Shown one piece after another: positions 9,135 through 19,414 of a stretch of DNA of 64,000 nt. The stretch is taken from NCBI GenBank assembly GCA_963663765.2, contig CAXXUA010000005.1:768001-832000 (forward strand). Direction: 5' to 3'. Both the position numbers and the translations under genes were made by a program. The notes beneath the pieces were generated by a model that was given only the letters and a program-made list of their open reading frames with translations, was not told the DNA's origin and did no database searches. How positions within the stretch are numbered: position 1 is the first letter of the stretch; every line of letters begins with the position of its first letter. The stretch is from Candidatus Poribacteria bacterium. GTDB taxonomy: Bacteria > Poribacteria > WGA-4E > WGA-3G.

Positions 9135-10225
9135 CAGGACTTACGCAGTCTCAAAGATTATTGATGGATTTGAGAGTTGATATCGCATATAATCATCCAA
9201 TAAACTTTGTTTAAGTTCATAAATTGTTTTGCCAAGTTTACGCGCAACACGTTTCAAACAGACCCATATTTGAAAACAACAGGCAATATGATTTCTTTGG
9301 GCACGCAACTTGCGACATTGACATTTGCCAATACCCGTGACTTGTTTGATCTCACGATGGAGTTGTTCAATCTTCCAACGCATACGACATTCTTGGTGTG
9401 CCGCATCCGCATCCGATTGAGATAAATCGTTTGTCACAATATATTCCGTGCGCCCGGTAGAGGAGGCTATCCGGAACAACTTGACTTGATACCCTTTTGG
9501 AAACTTCTTGATGTGCACGCTTTTCCCTTGCCGGATTTCTGTCCGGGTCCAAGATAGGTCTTGGACTTGTTGGTGCGGTTGCTCGCCATCCGTATCGTTT
9601 ACAAGACGATTTCGTTTCAGGGGCACGTAGTAAATCTTAGAAAGTTTTTCAATCGCTTTCATAACTTGCATGGAGGCATACCAAGTATCCATTAGCACCG
9701 TCCGAAACGGTATCTGTTTTTTAGAGTAAGCGTTGTGCAACATTTCCAGTAAATGGTCTATTTTGGTTTTACCATCATGATCTATGTCATAAATACGGTA
9801 ATCAATAATCCAATACTCTTCTGTCTTTGGATTGACATAGATACACGTCACAATACCAATGCCTTTAACGACTTTTTTGTCGCTACCACTCCACTGAGAA
9901 CGGAGGACCTCAATCTCTTTCGCATAGAGTTTAGGTAGCACAACATCGTCAAAAACAATGTAGCCATCATCATCAAACTCAATGTCGTTTTTGACCGAGT
10001 TCCAAAGTTCATTCGCGGGGATGTTTTCACCGCTCAGAAACCGATTGATTTGATCGTGGCTCCACTTATCAGTATGGTCTGCCATATAGGTTTGTGTAAA
10101 GTTTGTAAAACTTGATAACAAAAATTGACAATAATCTGAATATAAACTTTGTTTCTTTTCGGAAAGTGTAAATGTAATCATAATGGAATAGTATAGCACA
10201 AATCTATTATAGTGCGTAAGTCCTG
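9135..10225 (-). mobile_element. IS701-like insertion sequence
   Basis: TIR CAGGACTTACGCA at both ends, 5-bp TSD TTCCT. Confidence 0.9.
9141..10181 (-). CDS. IS701-like DDE transposase
   Basis: SHDQINRFL, IVFDDVV, VLMDTWY, RWKIEQLHREIKQ; stop lies inside the TIR. Confidence 0.9.
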   Translation of the reverse strand: MITFTLSEKKQSLYSDYCQFLLSSFTNFTQTYMADHTDKWSHDQINRFLSGENIPANELWNSVKNDIEFDDDGYIVFDDVVLPKLYAKEIEVLRSQWSGSDKKVVKGIGIVTCIYVNPKTEEYWIIDYRIYDIDHDGKTKIDHLLEMLHNAYSKKQIPFRTVLMDTWYASMQVMKAIEKLSKIYYVPLKRNRLVNDTDGEQPHQQVQDLSWTRTEIRQGKSVHIKKFPKGYQVKLFRIASSTGRTEYIVTNDLSQSDADAAHQECRMRWKIEQLHREIKQVTGIGKCQCRKLRAQRNHIACCFQIWVCLKRVARKLGKTIYELKQSLLDDYMRYQLSNPSIIFETA

Positions 10226-10254
10226 TTCCTAAAATGTAGTATACTATAATTCTC

Positions 10255-10374
10255 ACAGGGTTATTCAGTTTTCCTAATTTTTGGATTTTTCCAAAAAGAA
10301 CCCCGCGGTAGGAGCGACCTCCCGGTCGCGATTTTCTCAGAAAACGACTAAAAGGCCTAAAACTATATAACCCT
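10255..10374. mobile_element. MITE with TIR CAGGGTTAT carrying a GTAGGAGCGACC REP
   Basis: 10-bp TSD ATAATTCTCA; sister copy at 60865-60985. Confidence 0.85.
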
Positions 10375-10465
10375 GATAATTCTCAAACAATGTCAAGTAT
10401 TTTTTTGAAAATTTTCGTTTCGCAATATTTGGATGTGATTATAACGTTGATAGAAAGTAAGGATA

Positions 10466-11857
10466 TTGATGAATAAGTCCCGAAGTGATCTGACACAAGG
10501 AAGTTTGCTACGCCATCTCATAAAACTTGCAGTGCCGATAACGTGTGGATACATCTTACAAGATGCGTTTAACATTGTTGATATGATTTTTGTTGGTAGA
10601 TTAGGTCCTGCTGCCATTGCAGCAGTTGGTTATAGCGGCAATTTGCTTAGATTAGTAGGTATTTTCTCACTTGGCATCTCAACGGGTGCGGGTATAATGG
10701 TCGCACAGTACCTTGGTGCAAGAAATCATGCACAAGCAAGCTATGTATCTATGCAGGCGATTCTACTCGCCTTTTTCTTTTCCGTTGGTATCGGTATTGT
10801 TGGGTATCCATTGGCAGAATTTGGTTTACGTGCAATAAGAACAACGGAACCGGATGTACTACAACTCGGAACAACTTACATGCATATCATCCTTGTCGGT
10901 ATCAGCACGATGTTTCTGTCAATGACACTCGGTTCTATCTTTCGTGCGGGTGGTGATGCTGTTACCCCCATGATTGTGCTGATTTTTTCTACGTTGATAA
11001 ACATCGGACTTGATCCACTTCTGATTTTCGGTCTATGGCATTTTCCGAAATTAGGCGTTGCAGGTTCAGCTTATGCAACGCTTATCGGTAGGGGTGTCGG
11101 TGTGGTCATTTTGCTTGTCCTCTGTTTCAGTGGACGCGCACCGATCTCTTTACGTAATATTCGGTTCCGCACAGATCTTGTTGAAATGCTTGACATTTTA
11201 AGGTTAGGGATTTATAGTTCTATGCAGGGATTCTGGAGACATTTTACCCGACTCGGTTTTTTGTGGGTAATAAATCCTTATGGCAAATTTGCTGGTGCTG
11301 CGTATATAATATGTATGCGGCTTCGCATACTGGTAATGAACCCCGGTTTTGGCATTGCCAACGCTGTAGCACCTGTTGTAGGTCAGAATGTAGGTGCAGA
11401 TCAGATAGAACGTGCCGAAGAAACAGCAAAGATGGGAAATATCATCGGGACAACACTCATGGTTTGCATTGGAGCACTATTCCTAATTTACCCCAATATA
11501 TTTCTTAGAATTTTTTCCGATGATTTAGAAGTCATCGGGATCGGATCAGATTTTCTTCAATGGTTGTCACCCACATTTGGATTCATAGCGTTCTCTTTAG
11601 TATTGGGTAAAGCACTAAACGGCGCAGGAGATACCTTTTCACCGATGATGATTACACTTGCTGCCCAATTAGGAGTTGGTTTGGTGCTGGTCATTCTATT
11701 ATCACATTATATCGGTCTAAAAGGTGTTTGGATCGGGATTGCACTCTCAAACGTGGTTCAAGGGGGTGCAATGTGGTTCTGGTATAGAACCGGAAGATGG
11801 AAAACAAAAAAGGTTATAAACAACGGTGGTAGGAATCCTACCAGAAAGGTGGTCTGA
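10466..11857 (+). CDS. MATE family efflux transporter
   Basis: DLTQGS, FNIVDMIFVGRLG, RAGGDAVTPM, NIGLDPLLIFG; ~12 TM. Confidence 0.95.
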   Translation: MMNKSRSDLTQGSLLRHLIKLAVPITCGYILQDAFNIVDMIFVGRLGPAAIAAVGYSGNLLRLVGIFSLGISTGAGIMVAQYLGARNHAQASYVSMQAILLAFFFSVGIGIVGYPLAEFGLRAIRTTEPDVLQLGTTYMHIILVGISTMFLSMTLGSIFRAGGDAVTPMIVLIFSTLINIGLDPLLIFGLWHFPKLGVAGSAYATLIGRGVGVVILLVLCFSGRAPISLRNIRFRTDLVEMLDILRLGIYSSMQGFWRHFTRLGFLWVINPYGKFAGAAYIICMRLRILVMNPGFGIANAVAPVVGQNVGADQIERAEETAKMGNIIGTTLMVCIGALFLIYPNIFLRIFSDDLEVIGIGSDFLQWLSPTFGFIAFSLVLGKALNGAGDTFSPMMITLAAQLGVGLVLVILLSHYIGLKGVWIGIALSNVVQGGAMWFWYRTGRWKTKKVINNGGRNPTRKVV

Positions 11858-11859
11858 AG

Positions 11860-12696
11860 ATGACAGACAAAGGTTACGATAACCCTCAACTGATAATTAC
11901 TGCGGAAACGTTGAAAGAGAGTCTTAATGATAAAACGTTTTGTATTGTGGATACACGTCCAACACACGAATATACACGCGGACATATTCCAGGTGCATTA
12001 CATCTCGACCTATTCGGGTTGAGTCTTATCAATACGAGCCAAGAAACGTATGATACATTTATGTGGATGATCGCTTATCTATTTCAACAACGCGGTATCG
12101 ATCACGCAAAAACGATTATTTGGTATGAAGATATTTCAGGGACCCGTGCCTCTCGAGGTTTATGGTTCTGTGAGTATTTAGGACATACGAATACGCAGGT
12201 ATTAGATGGAGGGTACAAAACGTGGTTAGCAGCTGACGGACCTGTCAGTACTGAAGGCGTTGAACCACCTGAAGTTCCAGAGTTTCCGATTGAAGCACAA
12301 AACGATTTACACATGTGTGTTAACAGTATACATGCTTCGTTGAACCAGACAGACTTTATCCCATTAGATACTCGGACAGATGATGAACACTACGGCAGAG
12401 TGGCGCGCGCAGAACGCGCAGGGGCAATTCCAGGTTCTATACATATAGAATGGATCAACAATCTTGACGATAGTGGTGCTTTCAAACCTGCTGCTGAACT
12501 CCGTCAAATGTATGAAGCTGCAGGAATCACACCGGAAAAGCAGGTCATGTGCTACTGACAAGGCGGATACCGCTCTTCCCAAACCTATTTAGCGTTGAGG
12601 CTCATCGGTTATCCGAAAGTCAGCAACTATATTGGGTCATGGAAAGAGTGGGGAGACCGGCTGGATCTGCCGGTTGAAATTCCTGAGGAAAAGTAA
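11860..12696 (+). CDS. Two-domain rhodanese/sulfurtransferase with in-frame UGA (probable Sec) at the active site
   Basis: GHIPGA and GAIPGS; frame continues past TGA 12556-12558 as QGGYRSS...[10 protein letters not shown] to TAA 12696. Confidence 0.88.
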
Positions 12697-12887
12697 TAAC
12701 AATTCAAATAAATCTTGTCTCATTAAGGAATTATAATGTTTACTGGCACGGGGTTACTCTCTTCGGTAGGAGCGACCCGGGGAATGCTATATAGCATTCA
12801 TACCGTTGATTTGCCGGTCGCGACCGGGAGGTCGCTCCTACCAGATTTCCGCTGCTAATGAGACATTATCAAACGGAAATGGTATTA
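12694..12887. mobile_element. MITE (TACCATTTC...TGTCTCATTA ends) with REP doublet and a micro-insertion
   Basis: Single-copy form of the module amplified at 24850-26478. Confidence 0.7.
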
Positions 12888-12934
12888 CTAAGAATTCTTA
12901 AAACTGAACAACCCTTGTTCTTTTTCAAAATGCG

Positions 12935-12963
12935 TTGACTTTTGCCCGCGTTTGTAGTATAAA
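12935..12963 (+). promoter_or_regulatory. Sigma70-like promoter
   Basis: TTGACT-17bp-TATAAA upstream of a GGAGG RBS. Confidence 0.6.
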
Positions 12964-12992
12964 ATTAGCATCGCTTTTTGGGAGGTATACTT

Positions 12993-13961
12993 GTGAGACT
13001 CGTAACATTCAAACATCCCTCGTTTAACAAAAATACTGCTGCTCCAGACAGACCACATATCGGTGTCTGGATTGACGATGCTCATATTCTTGTACTCTAT
13101 TTAGGTACTCAAAACATGATCGAGTTTTTTGATCATGATTGTATTGAAAGAGCTCCGAATCGTATTGAGTCTATGCAAAATCTATTTAACCAGGGCAGCG
13201 ATATGTCGGAGATCATTTTTCCTGCTACTGAGGTTGAACTGCTTGCACCATTTCCACAACCAACGAGTCTACGTGATTTCGGAGTGTTCAAAACGCACAT
13301 GGACGCAGCAGCACGTATCACGGGTAAAGAAATATCACCTGAATGGTTCAAACTTCCCAACTACTATCGCGGCAGCACAAGTCCAGCATCTATTGCCGGG
13401 CACAACGCCGTAGTGACGTGGCCCAACTACACAGAAAAACTCGACTTTGAACTGGAATGGGGTGTCTACATCAGCAAAACTGGAAAAAACATCTCAATTG
13501 AGGAAGCACCAAATTATATCGCAGGATATACGATTTACAACGACATAAGTGCTCGAGATATCCAATTCCGGCACATGACCTTGGCACTGGGACCCGCTAA
13601 GGGCAAGGATTTTGACAACAGCAACATTATGGGACCCTGTCTTGTTACTCCTGATGAAATCGGAGATCCTTATAACCTGAATATGATCGCACGGGTAAAC
13701 GGTGAAGTATGGGCTGAAGGCAATACCTCAGATATGTACTACACCTTTCCTGAGATGATCTCCTTTGTCTCACAATCAGAGACCCTTTTTCCGGGTGATT
13801 TTTTAGGCTCTGGCACCGTTGGTAAGGGATGCGGTTGGGAACTTGATAGATGGATCCAACCGGGAGACATCATAGAACTGGAAGTCGAAAATATCGGTGT
13901 GTTAAGAAATACAATTGGTGAACCAGAACAGAATCCCGCAGCGTGGAAGGAAAAAGTATAA
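12993..13961 (+). CDS. Fumarylacetoacetate hydrolase family protein
   Basis: LDFELE, YNDISARDIQ, AKGKDFD, GSGTVG. Confidence 0.93.
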   Translation: MRLVTFKHPSFNKNTAAPDRPHIGVWIDDAHILVLYLGTQNMIEFFDHDCIERAPNRIESMQNLFNQGSDMSEIIFPATEVELLAPFPQPTSLRDFGVFKTHMDAAARITGKEISPEWFKLPNYYRGSTSPASIAGHNAVVTWPNYTEKLDFELEWGVYISKTGKNISIEEAPNYIAGYTIYNDISARDIQFRHMTLALGPAKGKDFDNSNIMGPCLVTPDEIGDPYNLNMIARVNGEVWAEGNTSDMYYTFPEMISFVSQSETLFPGDFLGSGTVGKGCGWELDRWIQPGDIIELEVENIGVLRNTIGEPEQNPAAWKEKV

Positions 13962-13963
13962 CT

Positions 13964-14713
13964 GTGCGACTGAAAGATAAGGTGGCGATTATCACAGGGG
14001 CTGCTTCGGGTATCGGCAAAGCCACTGCAAAACTCTTTGCTGAACACGGCGCGAAGGTCGTTGTCGCTGATATTGATAAAGAGGGTGGAAACCAAACCGT
14101 CGCTAACATCAAAGACTGTGGAGACGAAGCAATCTTCATTCATACCGATGTGACAATAAAGTCGCACACTGAACAGATGGTCGCACAAACCGAAAATACT
14201 TACGGCAAGCTTGATATTCTGTTCAACAATGCTGGTATTGCAATGCGATTGCCTGTTGCTGAACTGCCAGAAGCAGACTGGCATCGCTGCATAGATGTGA
14301 ATCTCACAGGTGTGTTTCTGTGTGCAAAGGCTGCTATCCCTGCTATGCAAAGGAACAGCGGAGGTTCCATCATCAATATGTCCTCCATCTACGGGATTGT
14401 CGGTGCGGATGTCCGAGCTGCGTATGTCGCATCCAAAGGCGCAGTCACAAACCTAACACGCGGCATGGCATTGGATTACGCACAAGACAATATCCGAGTC
14501 AACTGCATCTGTCCAGGGTTCGTGGAAACACCTTTAGTCGCAGGTGTCATCAAAACACCAGAAGAATATCAGCAACTTGCGGATAAGCATCCAATGCGCA
14601 GACTCGGACAACCCGAAGAAATCGCTTACGGCACGCTATACCTTGCATCCGATGAATCCGCATTCGTTACGGGCATCGCCTTACCCATTGATGGAGGCTA
14701 TACCGCAGGATAG
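13964..14713 (+). CDS. SDR family oxidoreductase
   Basis: TGAASGIG, NNAG, YVASKG. Confidence 0.95.
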   Translation: MRLKDKVAIITGAASGIGKATAKLFAEHGAKVVVADIDKEGGNQTVANIKDCGDEAIFIHTDVTIKSHTEQMVAQTENTYGKLDILFNNAGIAMRLPVAELPEADWHRCIDVNLTGVFLCAKAAIPAMQRNSGGSIINMSSIYGIVGADVRAAYVASKGAVTNLTRGMALDYAQDNIRVNCICPGFVETPLVAGVIKTPEEYQQLADKHPMRRLGQPEEIAYGTLYLASDESAFVTGIALPIDGGYTAG

Positions 14714-14729
14714 ATAATCAGGTAAATTC

Positions 14730-17408
14730 ATGCGAAGATTCTCCATCTACATTTTTCTCATATTACTAATCAATAGTGCCTATCTATTCAGTTTCGGTGA
14801 ACCAACCCTCTTTTATATACTAAATGTCCTATTTCACATTACACTCGGAATATTCCTCATAATTCCATTCAGTGTCTATCTCTGTAAAAAAATCAAAAGC
14901 ATTACACTAATTGAACGAGTTAGCATTCTCAATATAATTGTCGGAATCCTTAGCGGTGCCTATTTGATGATAGTCGGAGCTACCACTCCATATCGTTGGC
15001 TGCTCATTACACATATTATCAGTATTAGTATAGGCAGCATTCTTTTATGCGTTCATTTGGTGAAGCATAGTAACCTTCTTTCACCAATTCTAAAGAAAGT
15101 TACTGTTGGTGTTTTAGTCGCAGTCCTGTTTTTCCCGATAGGGGCGAAACTCTCACAGCACCTTTTCCCAAATAAAAACTACCTCGTCAAAAACCCAGAA
15201 CTACCACCTGCCAGCATGTATGACGAAGGGGGAGGAACTACAGGTCACTTTTTTCCCGCATCCGTTGAAACGGACACAGGAGACCTGATACCAACCGACT
15301 TCTTCCTTACCTCTGAAACTTGCGCAACAAATGGATGCCACCCTGATATCTATCAGCAATGGAATGAATCTGCACATCATTTTTCTTCATTCAATAACCA
15401 GTGGTACAGAAAATCTATCATCTATATGCAGGAAGTAAACGGAATTCAACCCTCAAAATGGTGCGGCGGATGCCACGATCCTGCTATTTTGCTCAACGGT
15501 ATCATGGATAAACCTATCCGAGAAAATCTGCATACGCCTGCAGCACACGCAGGACTTGCTTGTACTGCATGTCACTCAATTGAAAGGGTTAAGGATACGA
15601 TGGGAAACAGCGGATATGTTATAAAATATCCGCCACTCCATGAACTCGCGTCAAGTAACAATGCAATTATCAGAGGTCTACATAACTATCTCATCAGATT
15701 AGATCCTGAGCCACATAAGAAAAGTTTCCTAAAACCTTTCCATCGCAACAACACTGCCGAATTTTGTTCTACTTGTCATAAGGCACATCTGGATTTCCCA
15801 GTCAATAACTATCGATGGGTGCGTGGATTCAACGACTACGACCAATGGCAGAAAAGTGGTGTCTCTCATCAAGGCGCACTCTCATTTTACTATCCTGAAA
15901 AAGCACAGAAATGTGTTGATTGCCACATGCCACTCGTAGACTCTACAGATGCTGGTAATATCAACGGCAAGGTTCACAGTCATCGCTTTCCAGCTGCAAA
16001 CACTGCCCTTCCCTATGTAAATCAGCATGCAGAGCAGCTACAAGCAGTGATAGACTTTCTACAAAATGATGTGGTAACCTTAGATCTGTTTGCCAATGGA
16101 AAACCAATTCCAAAAAACGGAACTGAAGTAGCACGCGATGAAAGTCCACTGATTGAAGTTGTTGTTCGTACACGTGGTGTCGGTCATCAATTCCCCGCTG
16201 GTACTATTGATGCCTTTGATATCTGGCTTGAGGTGAAAGCCACCGATGAAAACGGAAAAATTGTGTTTTGGAACGGGAGAATCGATGCACCCGATGGAAA
16301 CGGACCTGTTGATCCGAGCGCGCATTTTTATCGTAGTTATATGTTAGACGCACACGGAAACCTTATCAACAAACGAAATGTGTGGGCAATGCGAACTGTG
16401 TTATATTCACGCACCATACCCCCCGGTGCCGCCGATACCGTCCGATACAGATTAGAAATCCCACATGACTGTGGTGAGACACTCTCTTTGGAAGTGAAAC
16501 TGAACTACCGAAAATTCAACTGGTGGCATACACAGTGGGCTTATGCGGGAGTTCGTGACCCAGAAGATAAGGATTTTCAGGTGGACAAGGGTTATGATGA
16601 TGGTAAATGGATTTGGAAAGGTGATACATCAGATGTCGCAGGAAAAATCAAAGCTATTCCTAACCTTCCAATTACCGTGATGGCAGATGTAAAAGCAACC
16701 ATACATGTCATACAGAAATCACAAAACCCACCTTCTCAACAAACAATTGTTCTTGCAAACGCTCGTGAACGGTGGAACGACTACGGAATCGGACTGCTCC
16801 TGCAAGGTGACCTCAGGAAAGCCAAAACAGCATTCCAACAAGTCACCAAAATTGAACCGAATTACCTTGATGGATGGGTGAATATCGCACGATGCCACAT
16901 CAAAGAAGGTGATATGAAAGGTGCAGAAGCAATGCTCAATAAAGCGTTTGAGATACAGAAAACACTACCACTCAAAAACCCACACCGTGCAAAGGTTCAC
17001 TACTTTTACGCTCTCATTCAAGAATCCTATGGTAACTATGACACAGCGATTCAACATCTCCAACAAGCTGCATCCCAATTCCCGCGCGATACACGTGTCC
17101 GAAACGTATTAGGTCGTATGCACTTCTTAAAACGCGATTATGAAACCGCTTTGACTCATTTTCAGAAGACGCTTGCGGTTGACCCAGAAGATTTAGATGC
17201 ACACTATAATATGATGCGTTGCTATCGGGCACTCAAGAACCCATCTATGGCAGCGAAGGCACATAAACTATATATGCGATTTAAGGCAGATGAATCTGCT
17301 GATCAGATTACCGGTATTCCCCGACGCGCAGACCCCAATGCCAACCGGGAACGACAACCCATCCATGAACACACAAATAGTTACACAACATATAATAAAA
17401 CTGATTGA
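14730..17408 (+). CDS. Membrane-anchored multiheme cytochrome c with C-terminal TPR repeats
   Basis: N-terminal TMs; CATNGCH, CGGCH, CTACH, CSTCH, CVDCH; TPR-like repeats. Confidence 0.85.
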   Translation: MRRFSIYIFLILLINSAYLFSFGEPTLFYILNVLFHITLGIFLIIPFSVYLCKKIKSITLIERVSILNIIVGILSGAYLMIVGATTPYRWLLITHIISISIGSILLCVHLVKHSNLLSPILKKVTVGVLVAVLFFPIGAKLSQHLFPNKNYLVKNPELPPASMYDEGGGTTGHFFPASVETDTGDLIPTDFFLTSETCATNGCHPDIYQQWNESAHHFSSFNNQWYRKSIIYMQEVNGIQPSKWCGGCHDPAILLNGIMDKPIRENLHTPAAHAGLACTACHSIERVKDTMGNSGYVIKYPPLHELASSNNAIIRGLHNYLIRLDPEPHKKSFLKPFHRNNTAEFCSTCHKAHLDFPVNNYRWVRGFNDYDQWQKSGVSHQGALSFYYPEKAQKCVDCHMPLVDSTDAGNINGKVHSHRFPAANTALPYVNQHAEQLQAVIDFLQNDVVTLDLFANGKPIPKNGTEVARDESPLIEVVVRTRGVGHQFPAGTIDAFDIWLEVKATDENGKIVFWNGRIDAPDGNGPVDPSAHFYRSYMLDAHGNLINKRNVWAMRTVLYSRTIPPGAADTVRYRLEIPHDCGETLSLEVKLNYRKFNWWHTQWAYAGVRDPEDKDFQVDKGYDDGKWIWKGDTSDVAGKIKAIPNLPITVMADVKATIHVIQKSQNPPSQQTIVLANARERWNDYGIGLLLQGDLRKAKTAFQQVTKIEPNYLDGWVNIARCHIKEGDMKGAEAMLNKAFEIQKTLPLKNPHRAKVHYFYALIQESYGNYDTAIQHLQQAASQFPRDTRVRNVLGRMHFLKRDYETALTHFQKTLAVDPEDLDAHYNMMRCYRALKNPSMAAKAHKLYMRFKADESADQITGIPRRADPNANRERQPIHEHTNSYTTYNKTD

Positions 17409-17498
17409 ACCTTAAATTGAAATTGAAAGAATATGTGGAAGCATAAAAAAATAAGCAGATAACTCCAAGATTGTTTGCATATACCATAATATTTGGTA

Positions 17499-18003
17499 TT
17501 AGTTTTCTTCTTCTGGAGGCCACATATCTATCCCAATATAACCTGCATCATCATCAACGCCATCAGGGTCTACTCGTCCAGATGCAAAACCACCTGCATC
17601 AATTGGGGCAAGAAACCAAACTCTAGTATTTGAAAATAATACTTCACTGTCTAATCCTTCATATCTACCACTGTGTGGACCGTCTTTTCCTGTTGTTTAA
17701 AGACCAAGCACCTTTATTTATTTGATTGTTTGAATTAAGTTCGGTAGTCTCGAATTTAGCAACTTGTACTACATCTGTATACCGTATACATAACCTATTT
17801 CTACCTGTGCTCTTGTTAAGATATAAGAATACTGTGGCAGTTTCTACCAAATTCGATTGCAAATGTACTTTCCAGCCTGTACCATCCGGATTCATATCTT
17901 GCTCAATAATTTCCCGTCGGTCAGCATTCACATAGGTCACTGTTGCGATCACTAAAATTACAGTAAGTAATAGCATCATTCTTACATAATTACGATTAAA
18001 CAT
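17499..18003 (-). pseudogene. Hypothetical secreted protein, frameshifted near 17697
   Basis: Signal peptide; after GAWSL an alternative frame stays open (TTGKDGPHSGRYEG...WPPEEEN*). Confidence 0.55.
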
Positions 18004-18016
18004 ATTATCTCCTTGT

Positions 18017-18772
18017 TTATTGTTTGGGAAGGTCAAGATACTCATAAGGATCAATGCCTTCCTTTTCACCATCTAACACACGTACTCCGGGGGGAACAAT
18101 ACCTTTACGCATTTGCTCAAGAGACAAACTCATCCCCTTGGCGCGTATAAAATATCGGGTAATACTGCCGTCGTCGTTTTCTTTTTCTCCATACCAAACG
18201 TAGACGGTTTTGGGATAGTTAAAATATATAATTCCGTTGGAACTACCTATACCAATCCAATCACGGTGTAGTCCTTCTTTCCATGCTTTTATAGCTACAC
18301 GGGACAACAATTCTGCCATTTCAGGTAGACCGATATTCGGCCAATTTGTATCTTTCCATATCGGTTTGTAAGGCTGTTTTATAGAATTAAGCATTCCTTC
18401 TGGAACTTCCGGATAAGGACCGAAACCAAAAGGTGACACTTCAAGTGCGTCTGCAGTTTCCTCATGCATTACAGTTTGTTGTTCCTGTCCTGCATCGGAT
18501 ATGATGTCTGTCTCTAAGACATCTGAAGACTCAACTATCGGATTATCTTCATGTGGCGTTGTGCTTTCCATAGGAGATATCTCTGACATCGATTCGGTGT
18601 CAGGAAATGTGTCCACTTGTTGAGGGGTTTCACGTTGATTTTGCAGTTTCATTATTCCACGCTTAAACCTTGTTGAATCTATTTCCACAAACACAATAAA
18701 CACAATGCATGCAATAATTATCAGTAAGCACGTTCTCATAAACCATTTATTAGTCAAAATGTCACTAAACAT
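18017..18772 (-). CDS. Lineage-specific membrane-anchored protein (SPFGFGPYP...GIDPYEYL family)
   Basis: Paralogous to 19407-20087 and 48320-49084. Confidence 0.8.
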   Translation of the reverse strand: MFSDILTNKWFMRTCLLIIIACIVFIVFVEIDSTRFKRGIMKLQNQRETPQQVDTFPDTESMSEISPMESTTPHEDNPIVESSDVLETDIISDAGQEQQTVMHEETADALEVSPFGFGPYPEVPEGMLNSIKQPYKPIWKDTNWPNIGLPEMAELLSRVAIKAWKEGLHRDWIGIGSSNGIIYFNYPKTVYVWYGEKENDDGSITRYFIRAKGMSLSLEQMRKGIVPPGVRVLDGEKEGIDPYEYLDLPKQ

Positions 18773-18847
18773 CTAATTATTACCTCCTAATTTTTCTATT
18801 TCACCTTTGTGTTACTTGCTTATTGAAATTGACACTCTAAATTGTTC

Positions 18848-19414
18848 TTACCTAAGTTGCTTCTCTAATCCCGCGGATGGAAAGTAGAGTTCAGTATATG
18901 GAAGAAATGAATCTGCAACTTTTGTTATAGGGAATACGCTACACTTCTTTTGGGCAACAACTAAGGACCCTGCGATACATTTATTAATAGCCATTTTAAT
19001 GTTTTTGATGCTATTATTCATATTTTTTGAACTGACAGAATAAGAAAACTTTCCATCAAATTGAAAACTTTGATGGTTTTTGGGTAATTTTGCTTTACCG
19101 TTTGTGATTACGAGAGCATACGAATCCTTGACTTTATAGTTATTAGCAATATTCGAAATGGTAGTCAACGATTCCCATTTATGTTGTTGAGGAATATTAG
19201 AACGTTGTATAGCAATTGTACGAGTCCAAGATTTTATAGGGGCATTTGCATCACTTGCATATCTGACAAAAACACTATCTCCAACATCAGTTGTTTTGAT
19301 TTCTTCATAGTGATAGTCTCCAACGACACCTTTCGTGTCTGTTATTTCACTACCTGACAACACGCTTGAAAACAGGATTGTCATAACAATCATAATAATT
19401 ATTTGCCTACTCAT
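18848..19414 (-). CDS. Hypothetical secreted protein
   Basis: Signal peptide; overlaps the stop of the upstream gene. Confidence 0.6.
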   Translation of the reverse strand: MSRQIIIMIVMTILFSSVLSGSEITDTKGVVGDYHYEEIKTTDVGDSVFVRYASDANAPIKSWTRTIAIQRSNIPQQHKWESLTTISNIANNYKVKDSYALVITNGKAKLPKNHQSFQFDGKFSYSVSSKNMNNSIKNIKMAINKCIAGSLVVAQKKCSVFPITKVADSFLPYTELYFPSAGLEKQLR

